Shown: positions 9,843 through 18,114 of the stretch, piece by piece | Layout of the letters: every line of letters starts with the position of its first letter | How positions within the stretch are numbered: position 1 is the first letter of the stretch | IMG/VR virus record: IMGVR_UViG_3300031950_000001 | Span: 1-64,000 of that record | Length of the DNA stretch: 64,000 nucleotides | Origin: a virus | Strand: one strand, 5' to 3' | Position numbers and translations under genes: made by a program | Notes under the pieces: generated by a model | What the model saw: the letters and a program-made list of their open reading frames with translations, nothing else | Told to the model about the DNA's origin: nothing | The model's database searches: none

Positions 9843-10157
9843 ATGGTCTTTGTAATTAGCTCACCCGTTCTAACAATGCATGGTATCTATTACTTCAAGT
9901 CAATCGATCTTGAGGAGGCCAAACAACTTCTCTCGGGGGAATTCGTATCTGCTATTAGCAACCGAACCGCTGCTAAGGTACTTAGCCATTTGCTTGGGAT
10001 TTACATCCCAGCCCGTAAGGGTAAGATTGGTATGGCCCCCGGTGATAAGGCTGTTGTTTTCCGGCTCCGAACCCCTCTCCCCAAGAACTGGGTTCCTAGC
10101 CAAGGGAAGATGGCAGACATTTTGTATGATCTTGATCTATTAGTCCGGACGAACTAG
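9843..10157 (+). CDS. DUF1874/AcrIII-1-like paralog with degenerate active site
   Basis: Aligns with 10375-10689, but SAVGH becomes SAISN and RLPEG becomes PLPKN. Confidence 0.75.
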   Translation: MVFVISSPVLTMHGIYYFKSIDLEEAKQLLSGEFVSAISNRTAAKVLSHLLGIYIPARKGKIGMAPGDKAVVFRLRTPLPKNWVPSQGKMADILYDLDLLVRTN

Positions 10158-10374
10158 GTGCCATTTACTGCGAGCTCTTTCCCTTCCTGAGCCCCGGCGA
10201 AAACCGGGGACTTTTTTTTGTCGGAACCACGCTAAAAAAAAGTCGCCAAATACGGCATTTAAATATGGCCTGGGCGTCCAGGCCGCTGCTCCGATTTTTT
10301 TACCCGCCGAAAGTCGGAGCTGCGATGCGAAGAAAAAGGGCGGGTGATTTTTTTTTCGTTTAAGGAGTTTTTTT

Positions 10375-10689
10375 ATGTTATTTGTACTCAACACCCCGGT
10401 TCTCACTAGCCACGGTATCTTCAAATTCGCCCCACTGTCTGTTGATGAGGCCAAAGCGCTGCTTGCTGGGGGCTTTCAATCCGCGGTTGGCCACGCGGCC
10501 ACCGCGGAAGTAATGACCGGTCTATTGGGGATTCAAATCCCCGTAGACCGGGGCCAAATTTTTATGCAGCCCGGCGACCGGGCTGTCGTGTTTCGGTTAT
10601 TGACCCGGCTACCGGAGGGCCGGGTCCTGAACCGGGAGGAGCTGGAGGCCCTCCCGTATGAAATTGGGCTCTTGACCCGGCTGGATTAG
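10375..10689 (+). CDS. acrIII-1: AcrIII-1 family viral ring nuclease (DUF1874, STIV B116/YddF-like)
   Basis: SAVGH..TA, (N/D)R..I, GD.A.VF.L..RLPEG..L..EEL signature; 104 aa. Confidence 0.85.
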   Translation: MLFVLNTPVLTSHGIFKFAPLSVDEAKALLAGGFQSAVGHAATAEVMTGLLGIQIPVDRGQIFMQPGDRAVVFRLLTRLPEGRVLNREELEALPYEIGLLTRLD

Positions 10690-10987
10690 GATTCCAGACC
10701 GGGTCAGTAGGGGAGGCCTTCTCGTTTTTTCCCTCGGACGAGAAGGCCTCCCCAAAAAAAGAAGAGGAATCCCTTCCCGTTCTCCCCTCGACCGGGAAGG
10801 GCGGCCTCTTCTTTTTTTTTTTTAGCTATAGATAGCCGACAAACAGGGCAATTAAAGTATTATATTAATAAGGGCATTTAATATTGGGAGCCTAATGGTT
10901 AGGCTCCGGCCTCAATTTTTTACCCCGCCGGAAATTGAGGCCATACGTAAATGGCGGGTTGGCCACTTTTTTAAGGAAGGGTTCGCT

Positions 10988-11134
10988 ATGGCATTTTACG
11001 TTTTGCTTGGTCTCGTTGTTGGCGGCACTATTGCCGCCGCGATGGGCGGTAACCCCGCGGCCGCAATCCGCGGGGCTATCGCGTTTACGATTCTGAGCTG
11101 GCTCGCGTTCTCAGCAACGCGACGCCGGCTCTAA
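10988..11134 (+). CDS. Small two-helix membrane protein (48 aa)
   Basis: MAFYVLLGLVVGG...WLAFSATRRRL; purine-rich RBS, promoter motif and terminator. Confidence 0.7.
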   Translation: MAFYVLLGLVVGGTIAAAMGGNPAAAIRGAIAFTILSWLAFSATRRRL

Positions 11135-11405
11135 AAGTTATATTATTTTCGCGTTAAAAAAATTAAAAAATCTCGGACGAAAGCCCTCTCCCCCGCTGAG
11201 AGGGCTTTCATTTTAGCCGTTCTTTCGTTAAATTTTGATTCCGGAATCAAATTTTTTTCGCGGGTATCCGATCCAGCAGTTAATTATTTTAGCCTTCAGG
11301 CTTTCCCTAATATAACGCCTTTGTCCGGCTTCTTCCTCGCCGGTCGGATAAAGGCGCGTTGGCACTTGGCGAGGAACGTCTTTCTTTGAAGAAAGGAGTT
11401 TGGTA

Positions 11406-11822
11406 ATGGCGTCCCAAGTTTTAGCCAGTCCCAAAGGTGCGCAGGTCATCGAACAGACTTTGGACAAGTATATGACCCAATTTGGGACGGAGATGTCGTA
11501 TTTTGAGGACGACGGCCAGTATTTTATCTTGGGTCCGAAGTCGATCTGTCGTGGTAGCCACATTCTTATTTCAGTCGGCTGTAAGGGTGGAAACATCATC
11601 CTTTCCACCGACGAGCCGTTGAAACGGCTCAAGAAGTCGTCCCTTTATAAGGAATGCCAAACCATGATCGAGATCATATTGGCGAAGCTTAAGGTACGGC
11701 AGAAGGGCGACATGCTAGTTGTTGCTACAAAGCCGGATAACTTCAGCAACGGACTCTCTCGAATGCTTCGAGCCGTTATATTCTTGGACTTACTCGAATC
11801 GTTGAAACCTTACTTCAATTAG
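11406..11822 (+). CDS. Hypothetical protein
   Basis: GAAAGGAG RBS; 138-aa ORF. Confidence 0.7.
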   Translation: MASQVLASPKGAQVIEQTLDKYMTQFGTEMSYFEDDGQYFILGPKSICRGSHILISVGCKGGNIILSTDEPLKRLKKSSLYKECQTMIEIILAKLKVRQKGDMLVVATKPDNFSNGLSRMLRAVIFLDLLESLKPYFN

Positions 11823-11838
11823 TAGAAAGGAGGCGAAA

Positions 11839-12015
11839 ATGAGTCGTAAAGGTGAGCGCGTTAAAGAGTTTCTATTTCGGTTTTCGATTGGTTTTTTGTC
11901 AGCCAATGTCTATCTCGCACTTGCACGCGATGATTGGCCCCTTGCCTCGACAATAATTCTGATAATAGCATGGGCGATTGGATACAAATACTGGAAGAAA
12001 GCCGAGTGCAAGTAG
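11839..12015 (+). CDS. Small two-helix membrane protein (58 aa)
   Basis: Hand translation MSRKGERVKEFLFRFSIGFLSANVYLALARDDWPLASTIILIIAWAIGYKYWKKAECK; AGGAGG RBS. Confidence 0.7.
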   Translation: MSRKGERVKEFLFRFSIGFLSANVYLALARDDWPLASTIILIIAWAIGYKYWKKAECK

Positions 12016-12099
12016 AACCCTAAAAAAAGGGCCGGGTTTGGTCAGCCAAAACTGCCAGACCCGGCCCCTGTGTTTTTTTAGAACGAAGGAGTCGCAAAA

Positions 12100-12240
12100 A
12101 TGCGAATTTTGCTTGTTGGGGTTGCGTGTTTGTTAAGCGGAATTATTGGTGCGCTTTACTGCTTCGAGCTGTGGCACATGGTGCTATTAGGGCTGGCTAC
12201 GCTTGCTGCAATTAGCTTTGCGATTACTAAAGTTGATTAA
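12100..12240 (+). CDS. Small two-helix membrane protein (46 aa)
   Basis: MRILLVGVACLLSGIIGALYCFELWHMVLLGLATLAAISFAITKVD; AAGGAG RBS. Confidence 0.7.
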   Translation: MRILLVGVACLLSGIIGALYCFELWHMVLLGLATLAAISFAITKVD

Positions 12241-12347
12241 CCTTATAAACTTTGTCGTCTTGTAGTCTAATGAGCTTGCAAAAATTTTGATTCCGGAATC
12301 AAAAACAGCCGGAGCTAAATCTTTTACCGTTTTAAGGCGTTTAATGA

Positions 12348-12497
12348 CGGTGATCGCGATCCCTCCTCTCCTACCGCTGGGAGAGGACGGGAATCGTGAT
12401 CACTACGCAGGTCAAGGGGAGCACACCGGTCTACCTGCGAGTATGCGGGTTACCGAGAACCCCAGCCATTACCAGCAACCGGTATGGACTTTTTTTT
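12348..12497 (+). ncRNA. Structured RNA family, divergent short member (or 5' leader of the next gene)
   Basis: 5' hairpin nearly identical to the 12881 unit; has ACGCAG, AGTA..GAA and a GACTTTTT end. Confidence 0.5.
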
Positions 12498-12514
12498 GAA
12501 AGGGAGAGTGGAAA

Positions 12515-12679
12515 ATGGTGGACATTGGTTTGTGGTTTCTGATGTTGGCCGGTGCGGCCGCTACCCGCGAGTTCATTGCGGATGGCGACCTTGCCATGGC
12601 ACATGCAACAACCGTCGCCATGATCGTTATGGCGTTTGTTGCACTAATTTATCGACTGATCCGCAAAGAAGGCTCCTAG
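12515..12679 (+). CDS. Small two-helix membrane protein (54 aa)
   Basis: MVDIGLWFLMLAGAAATREFIADGDLAMAHATTVAMIVMAFVALIYRLIRKEGS; purine-rich RBS. Confidence 0.7.
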   Translation: MVDIGLWFLMLAGAAATREFIADGDLAMAHATTVAMIVMAFVALIYRLIRKEGS

Positions 12680-12880
12680 CCCTACCCCATGAATAAGGCG
12701 ATTTCGAGGGTGCTGAAAGCCTAAACCCTTATTGGCAACGCGGCGTGCGCAAGCTGCAAGCGCACCGCGGTAAAGACGGCACGATTTATTTCACGCTGCC
12801 TGCAGAAGCAATGGTCGACTTTGAAAAAGGCTCCACTTCGGCCGAAGCTAAATCTTTTGCCATTTAAAGGCATTTAATGA

Positions 12881-13090
12881 CGGTGATCGCGATCCCACCT
12901 CTCCTACCGCGGGGAGAGGGCGGGAATCGTGATCACTACGCAGGTCATCCGCCGCTCCGGAGGGAGTGGCGGATGAGTGGCGTCCGAAGTCGCCGCCGAA
13001 AGGTACCCGGCGGCGGCTGAGGTCAATACGGGCCACGGCCGGGCCCGGAAACCCGTCTATCCTTGGCCGGATGGATCGGGACTTTTTTTA
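12881..13090 (+). ncRNA. Structured ncRNA family member A
   Basis: Promoter-to-T-tract unit with no RBS-led ORF. Conserved linkers CGCAG / GTGGCGTCCGAA / GAGGTCA..TAC / GGAAAC / GACTTTT separate variable hairpins. Confidence 0.7.
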
Positions 13091-13174
13091 GCTAGCGTGG
13101 TAAGGATCATAGGCACTCATTTTTTAGGACTGGCCGACGGCTAAAGATTCGCCGATATTGCGGCATTTACATAT

Positions 13175-13390
13175 GGCCCGGGCGTCTAATGCTCCTTGGG
13201 GCGCCCGGGCCGTTTGTAAAAGGAGGTTTTTTAAAAGCTCTTTGAAACGGGTCGCGACCCCGGCGACCTAAAATAATCGGAGGGGCGCCCCTCTGCGGAG
13301 GGGCTGGCTGTCAGGTCTCGCCCACACCTGACGGCCCATAGTCGAAATCCAGCCCTGGCAAGGCTGGGAGCGATTATGAAGTTTTTTTTA
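13175..13390 (+). ncRNA. Candidate structured RNA, unrelated to members A-C
   Basis: Promoter motif, several GC hairpins, ends in T-tract+AG; no credible ORF. Confidence 0.4.
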
Positions 13391-13450
13391 GCCATTGACA
13401 ACGCTGCTTAACCCACCTAAAGATTTGTCAGTTTTAAGGCATTTAATTGT

Positions 13451-13725
13451 GTGGCGCCGCACAACCGTCTTCCTCCCCTGCCGCTGAGGTGGGGGTCGTG
13501 GCGGCTCCCGGGGTTTTCCGGACACCCCGTGGAGGAACCCGGACGAGGGGGGAAACGCGGCGCCTGCGCAGTCCGTCCATACAGTCGGTCCGGACGACTG
13601 TTGGACGGGTGGCGCCCGAAGCATCCGTCGCAACGCGACGGGTGCAGAGGTCATCTACCGGACTCGTGAGAGCACCGGGAAACTCGCTCTGGTCTCCCCG
13701 TCGGCCGAGCGAGACTTTTTTTTAG
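13451..13725 (+). ncRNA. Structured ncRNA family member B
   Basis: Same linkers as A and C; shares a 5' domain GTGGCGGCTCC..GGAGGAACC(C)GGACGAGG with C. Confidence 0.7.
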
Positions 13726-13912
13726 CTAGCGAGCCCTTTTTTGGTCAATGCCCTATTAAGGGATTTTTTTTACGTTTCCGCACAGAAAAAAAAAGATAAT
13801 TTTGCAGTTCGGCTCGTGCTTAAATATAGACAGGACCGTCCATGTTTTTTCCGGAGCGGTCCGGAAGGCGATTCTGTCCTGGGGTCTTCCTTTTTTTAGG
13901 AGGAAACAAAAA

Positions 13913-14062
13913 ATGGACGACACCGATCTATGGGGTCTGACGGGATTCCTAGCCGCGTTAGGCTGCTACGGGGCCCTCAACGACATTGTGCCTCTAGCTA
14001 TAGCCGCGACGCTAATCATCATCATCGTGGCCATGTTTAAGCTATTCAAGAAAAATAAATAG
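13913..14062 (+). CDS. Small two-helix membrane protein (49 aa)
   Basis: MDDTDLWGLTGFLAALGCYG...AMFKLFKKNK; AGGAGG RBS; conserved 5' leader hairpin. Confidence 0.7.
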   Translation: MDDTDLWGLTGFLAALGCYGALNDIVPLAIAATLIIIIVAMFKLFKKNK

Positions 14063-14097
14063 AAAAAAATTCGTCAATTTTTTAAGGCATTTAATAA

Positions 14098-14368
14098 CGG
14101 GAGCCGCGATCCCGCATCGTTCCCGTCCGGCCAAACGGGAACGTGGCGGCTCCTTCGGACAATAGGGCGGTCCGAAGGAGGAACCGGACGAGGAGGAACT
14201 ACGCGGCTCCATTGCGCAGATCATCCCTTGTTTCGTCGCCCTACGAACAAGGGGTGAGTGGCGCCCGAACCTCGCGGCATCGAGGGGTGCTGCGAGGCGA
14301 GGTCAGTACTGGCTCGGCCGGGCCAGGAAACCTGTCAGCTTCCTCGTCGGCTGAACAGGACTTTTTTA
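14098..14368 (+). ncRNA. Structured ncRNA family member C
   Basis: Same linkers; AGTA-C[stem]G-GAA loop-E-like motif; ends GACTTTTTTAGCTA. Confidence 0.7.
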
Positions 14369-14566
14369 GCTATCTAGCAGAATTTTCTTGTGTAGCCTTT
14401 TTTTGGCTATTTGGGTATTTTCCCCTTTCTGTTTCCAAGATCGAAAGCCGCTACATACGGCTGTTAGCATTGATAGCTAAAAACGGGACCGCAAGGGTTT
14501 TTTCCGGATGACCGGAAAGGCGGTTCCGTCTTTTTGTTTCTCTTTTTTTAGAAAGGAGAGTAAAAG

Positions 14567-14731
14567 ATGAGGATGGGGGTGGAGTGTGTCAAGGCTATTG
14601 CATACGGGCTTGTATTTTACGCACTGACGCTTTTATGCGTCTGGACGGCCGTAATGTCCTATTGGCCTCTTACGATTATCACCGGCATGGGACTGGCTGG
14701 GGTTACCTACAAAATTGCAAAGACACCCTAA
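14567..14731 (+). CDS. Small two-helix membrane protein (54 aa)
   Basis: MRMGVECVKAIAYGLVFYALTLLCVWTAVMSYWPLTIITGMGLAGVTYKIAKTP; GAAAGGAG RBS. Confidence 0.7.
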   Translation: MRMGVECVKAIAYGLVFYALTLLCVWTAVMSYWPLTIITGMGLAGVTYKIAKTP

Positions 14732-14920
14732 GTTTCCACCTTTATGAGGCCGTCCTGAATATGTAGGTTCAAGAGCGAAAAGCTGGGGTCGCTTAATTGG
14801 CCGAAATCGGCTAAAGATTAGCCGATTTCTTGGCATTTACAAATGGACGGGACCGCCAGGGTTTCCGGAGCGGTCCGGAGGCGGTTCCGTCCTGGTCCCT
14901 TTTAAGAAAGGGGAAACAAA

Positions 14921-15073
14921 ATGAGGGACTACATCCTAGCCGGTGTTTGGATTGCCGCGTTCGTGGCCGCCCTAGCGGCCGCGACGCAATGCTGGGTTGA
15001 AGGAAACTGGACTGCCGCGATCGCGGTGGCAGTCATTTTCGGCGGCCTCACCTACTATATAGAAACGAGGTGA
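14921..15073 (+). CDS. Small two-helix membrane protein (50 aa)
   Basis: MRDYILAGVWIAAFVAALAAATQCWVEGNWTAAIAVAVIFGGLTYYIETR; promoter, leader hairpin, RBS and terminator present. Confidence 0.7.
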   Translation: MRDYILAGVWIAAFVAALAAATQCWVEGNWTAAIAVAVIFGGLTYYIETR

Positions 15074-15121
15074 GGCCCCACACCACCCCCTGAACAAGGA
15101 GGTTCAGGGTGGTGGGTTTTT

Positions 15122-15333
15122 TTAGTTATTAGTTAGTATCCTTGTCCCGAGCTTCCCATCCAGGTATTCAAACACCCTTTTCCAATTCCCCCAGATCATG
15201 TCATCATCAACTAGTTCATGCAACCGCTTTCTTGCTGACTCTATAATAAAAACCCTTAAATCTTCCTCATATGCCAATTTCGTAGCGTAATAGGCCATTT
15301 CGTCTAAATCATTTGCTAGAAACCCTGTTACTC
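15122..15333 (-). pseudogene. Duplicated 3' fragment of the GT4 gene at 15774-16841
   Basis: Encodes VTGFLANDLDEMAYYATKLAYEEDLRVF...ILTNN, nearly identical to the end of the full gene, with the same terminator. Confidence 0.85.
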
Positions 15334-15337
15334 GATT

Positions 15338-15412
15338 GAGGTCAGTACGAGCCACGATCATACCAGGAAAAAAACCTGTCAGCTTCCTCGTCGTCTGAAG
15401 AGGACTTTTTTT
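15338..15412 (+). ncRNA. 3' half-copy of the structured ncRNA family
   Basis: GAGGTCAGTAC...GGAAA..cctgtcagcttcctcgtcg..GACTTTTT, like member C. Confidence 0.5.
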
Positions 15413-15564
15413 AAACTAGTATGGTCAGAAGCAACCCCCATCTTGAGGATTGGCCAACGGCTAAAGATTAGCCGCTTTCGCGGCATTTACAAATGGACGG
15501 GACCGCCAGGGTTTCCGGGCGGCCGGAAGGCGGTCTCGTCCTGGGCTCCGAAAAGGAGGGAGAA

Positions 15565-15720
15565 ATGAGCAACATTTCGGTCCTGATTGTACTGCTCGTA
15601 CTTTCCATCGGCGCCGTCGCAACGACGGCGCCGATGGGACAGTTTTCCGCCGGGCTGATGACCGCGTCCGCGGTCATCAGCTTGGCGGCGCTCGGCGAGG
15701 CTGTAGCGCGAAAGCTATAG
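15565..15720 (+). CDS. Small two-helix membrane protein (51 aa)
   Basis: MSNISVLIVLLVLSIGAVATT...EAVARKL; AAGGAGG RBS. Confidence 0.7.
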   Translation: MSNISVLIVLLVLSIGAVATTAPMGQFSAGLMTASAVISLAALGEAVARKL

Positions 15721-15773
15721 CCTCGCCGGTGAACCCACCCCCTGAACAAGGAGGTTCAGGGTGGTGGGTTTTT

Positions 15774-16841
15774 TTAGTTATTCGTCAGTATTCTTGTCCC
15801 GAACTTCCCATCCACGTATTCAAACACCCTCTTCCAATTCCCCCATATTACATTATCATCAACCAATTCATGCAATCGCTTTCTTGCCGACTCTATGATG
15901 AAGACCCTTAAATCTTCCTCGTATGCCAATTTCGTAGCGTAATAAGCCATTTCGTCTAGATCGTTCGCTAGAAACCCTGTTACTCCGTGTACGATCATCT
16001 CTTTCCAGCCCCAGTCGTTATGGGCTACTATAGCCACTCCTGTTGCCATAGCCTCTAGTCCAGCCCTTGACCAGTTTTCGTTTGCCTGGTCGCTGGCTTG
16101 TATCATACAGTGCAATTGGGACAAGAATTGCTGCGCTGTCTCAGCTCGGCTGGGTAGTACGGTAGCCCACGCGGGGGGTTTTCCTACTTTACGTTCTACT
16201 TCCTTGCTCCAAGCCATTATCCTTGCATGTATGGGGTGGATGATCCGTTCGTATAATCTCCAAGTCCCGCGATGGTACTTATCGGGTGCAGGTCGGCTAA
16301 TTCTTCCTACGACGAATGTTTCTCCTCTTTTATGTCGTAGGGGATTAAAGGGCCATTCATCTAATGCGAACGCTGCTCGTACTAAGAAGCCTTGTTCGTC
16401 GGTAACGCCGTATTCTTTTAGCTGAGGCATAAGAAGGTTTTGTTGAAACTGGCTCTGGAAGACATAGGCATCGAAGGGTTTTTGCATTCGGCTATAATGC
16501 CGCCGCTCTTCATCGAAGAGCCAGCACATGCAGCCTACCCAGATGATTTTGCAATCCATGCGTCGTAGGAGGTCTGCCGAGCGTAGGAATTCGCTGTTGC
16601 AGAAGGAAATAACAGGGGCGCCCCTAAGCTCGTTGAGGTCGAGGAGACGCGTAGGGCCGCTTACTTGAAGAGTTTGGCAGCCTATAGAATCGCACTTTGT
16701 GCGATATTCAGGCAGGGGCGCCCCCCACGTGGGGATGAGGGTGACTTCAAGTCCAAACTTCCTCCAGAGCTTAAGAGTGTGCCAGCACTCGGTATTAGCC
16801 CCACCAACATCGCCGGGATAACCAATGACAAAGATGCCCAT
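15774..16841 (-). CDS. Glycosyltransferase family 4 (GT-B fold)
   Basis: GGANTE, VGRISR...K and ENWSRAGLEAMATGVAIV...EMIVHGVTGFL motifs. Confidence 0.85.
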   Translation of the reverse strand: MGIFVIGYPGDVGGANTECWHTLKLWRKFGLEVTLIPTWGAPLPEYRTKCDSIGCQTLQVSGPTRLLDLNELRGAPVISFCNSEFLRSADLLRRMDCKIIWVGCMCWLFDEERRHYSRMQKPFDAYVFQSQFQQNLLMPQLKEYGVTDEQGFLVRAAFALDEWPFNPLRHKRGETFVVGRISRPAPDKYHRGTWRLYERIIHPIHARIMAWSKEVERKVGKPPAWATVLPSRAETAQQFLSQLHCMIQASDQANENWSRAGLEAMATGVAIVAHNDWGWKEMIVHGVTGFLANDLDEMAYYATKLAYEEDLRVFIIESARKRLHELVDDNVIWGNWKRVFEYVDGKFGTRILTNN

Positions 16842-17250
16842 AACGTCAAAACGAAGAAGACGGACAATAAGGGTACCTTCTCGAAATTTTGATTCTGGAA
16901 TCAATTATAACATTAGACGGTCTCTTTTTTACTGGCTAAATTATCTTTGGCCAAAGAAAGAAATAGAAAACGGTGGATGCCGTAATTCGCGCCTTTAACC
17001 TTATCACTACTTTTTTTTATAGTGTTGGACCTAATAAAAGACGTCTACAAGACAGTGGCTAATTCCTCTTGATCGCGATTCAACTCGTGGCTGCCGTCAG
17101 CTTTGGTTGGTTGCCGTGCTCCCAGGACTAGCCTTAATTTAGCTAAAGATTCGCCGGTTTCGCGGCATTTACAAATGGACGGGACCGCCAGGTTTCCGGA
17201 GCGGTCCGGAGGCGGTTCCCGTCAGGGTCGCCTTTAAAAGGAGAACAGAC

Positions 17251-17415
17251 ATGAGGCAACTGATGTTGGCCTTGGTCGGGTGTTGTGCCATCTTGGCCGC
17301 ATGGGCGGCCAAGAGTGGTACGTCCGAGACCGCGCACGTGGCCGCGATTTTCGCGGCCACGGGCGTGGCCACGATGCTCCTTGCCGAGGGGATCAGCGAG
17401 CTGCGCAAACGCTGA
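17251..17415 (+). CDS. Small two-helix membrane protein (54 aa)
   Basis: MRQLMLALVGCCAILAAWAAKSGTSETAHVAAIFAATGVATMLLAEGISELRKR; AAGGAG RBS. Confidence 0.7.
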   Translation: MRQLMLALVGCCAILAAWAAKSGTSETAHVAAIFAATGVATMLLAEGISELRKR

Positions 17416-17835
17416 TCCCCCCGGCCCACCCCCTGAACAAGGAGGTTCAGGTGTGGTGGGTTTTTTTAGGTAGTTTATAAGGAAAGGGGGTGTGGGATCG
17501 GTTGATCCCATCCCCCCTAAAAGAATATCCCCGCCGTCAATTTTTTGGGGCATTTAAATATGGAGATCCAAATTTAGCCCGAATATTAACTTCGTTTTTT
17601 TACTTATTTTTTTTCTTTAGCTACAAAAGACGGTTTTAGCCTTGCCCGATTTTTTCCGTGCCAGTCGAGGCAAAGGCTTGGTTCAATGGACGATGGGTAG
17701 AAGGTCAGTAGATACCCCAGACCGCCTTTCGGTGCGGCCACCCTGAGTCCTTAGAGACTCAGGGTGTGATGGGGGATTTTTTTTAGCTATTCGGCAATCG
17801 AGGTTCAGAAAAATTTGATTCCGGAATCAAATTTT

Positions 17836-18108
17836 TTACCATGCGTTGGGGACGCAATGGATTTGCCGACGGTATACGATCTTTGTATTCGGTTTCGTAG
17901 GCATAACGATTGGACTACCGTCTTCGGCATCAAACGGCGCCGGACCTTTCGTTTTAGGTCCGATAGCGCAATTGAAATATCCTCCCTCCTTCGCTACATT
18001 AAGTGCGAAGTTAAGGGCTGAAGAGTCTACGAGCTCTTCCCGGCTGTCGGACTCCAAGGTAATCATCAACCCGTCCTCGTCCATTTTCACACTGGCAACT
18101 TTGAGCAT
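17836..18108 (-). CDS. Hypothetical protein
   Basis: 90-aa ORF with GAGGT RBS, directly downstream of 18115-18459. Confidence 0.65.
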   Translation of the reverse strand: MLKVASVKMDEDGLMITLESDSREELVDSSALNFALNVAKEGGYFNCAIGPKTKGPAPFDAEDGSPIVMPTKPNTKIVYRRQIHCVPNAW

Positions 18109-18114
18109 CTTACC

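Larger units (their letters stand above)
6940..17556 (+). promoter_or_regulatory. Repeated putative phage promoter CTAAA-N16/17-GGCATTTA (about 13 copies)
   Basis: Copies at 6940-6968, 7681-7710, 10232-10261, 10852-10880, 12315-12343, 12848-12876, 13141-13169, 13417-13445, ~14065-14093, 14811-14839, 15461-15489, 17143-17171, and a downstream box only at 17549-17556. Each sits directly upstream of a short unit. Confidence 0.75.

Noticed and set aside
13610-14270. TGGCGCCCGAA matches a retroviral tRNA-Lys primer-binding site and loosely a T-box UGGN bulge
   Set aside because: The match is only 11-12 nt, there is no reverse transcriptase in the window, and the GCGY part covaries with the upstream RCGC, favouring intramolecular pairing.
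12484-14511. GC-rich ORFs in the track (12484, 12848, 13388, 13447, 13451, 14143)
   Set aside because: They have no RBS and no shared frame among homologous units, and are better explained as ncRNAs.
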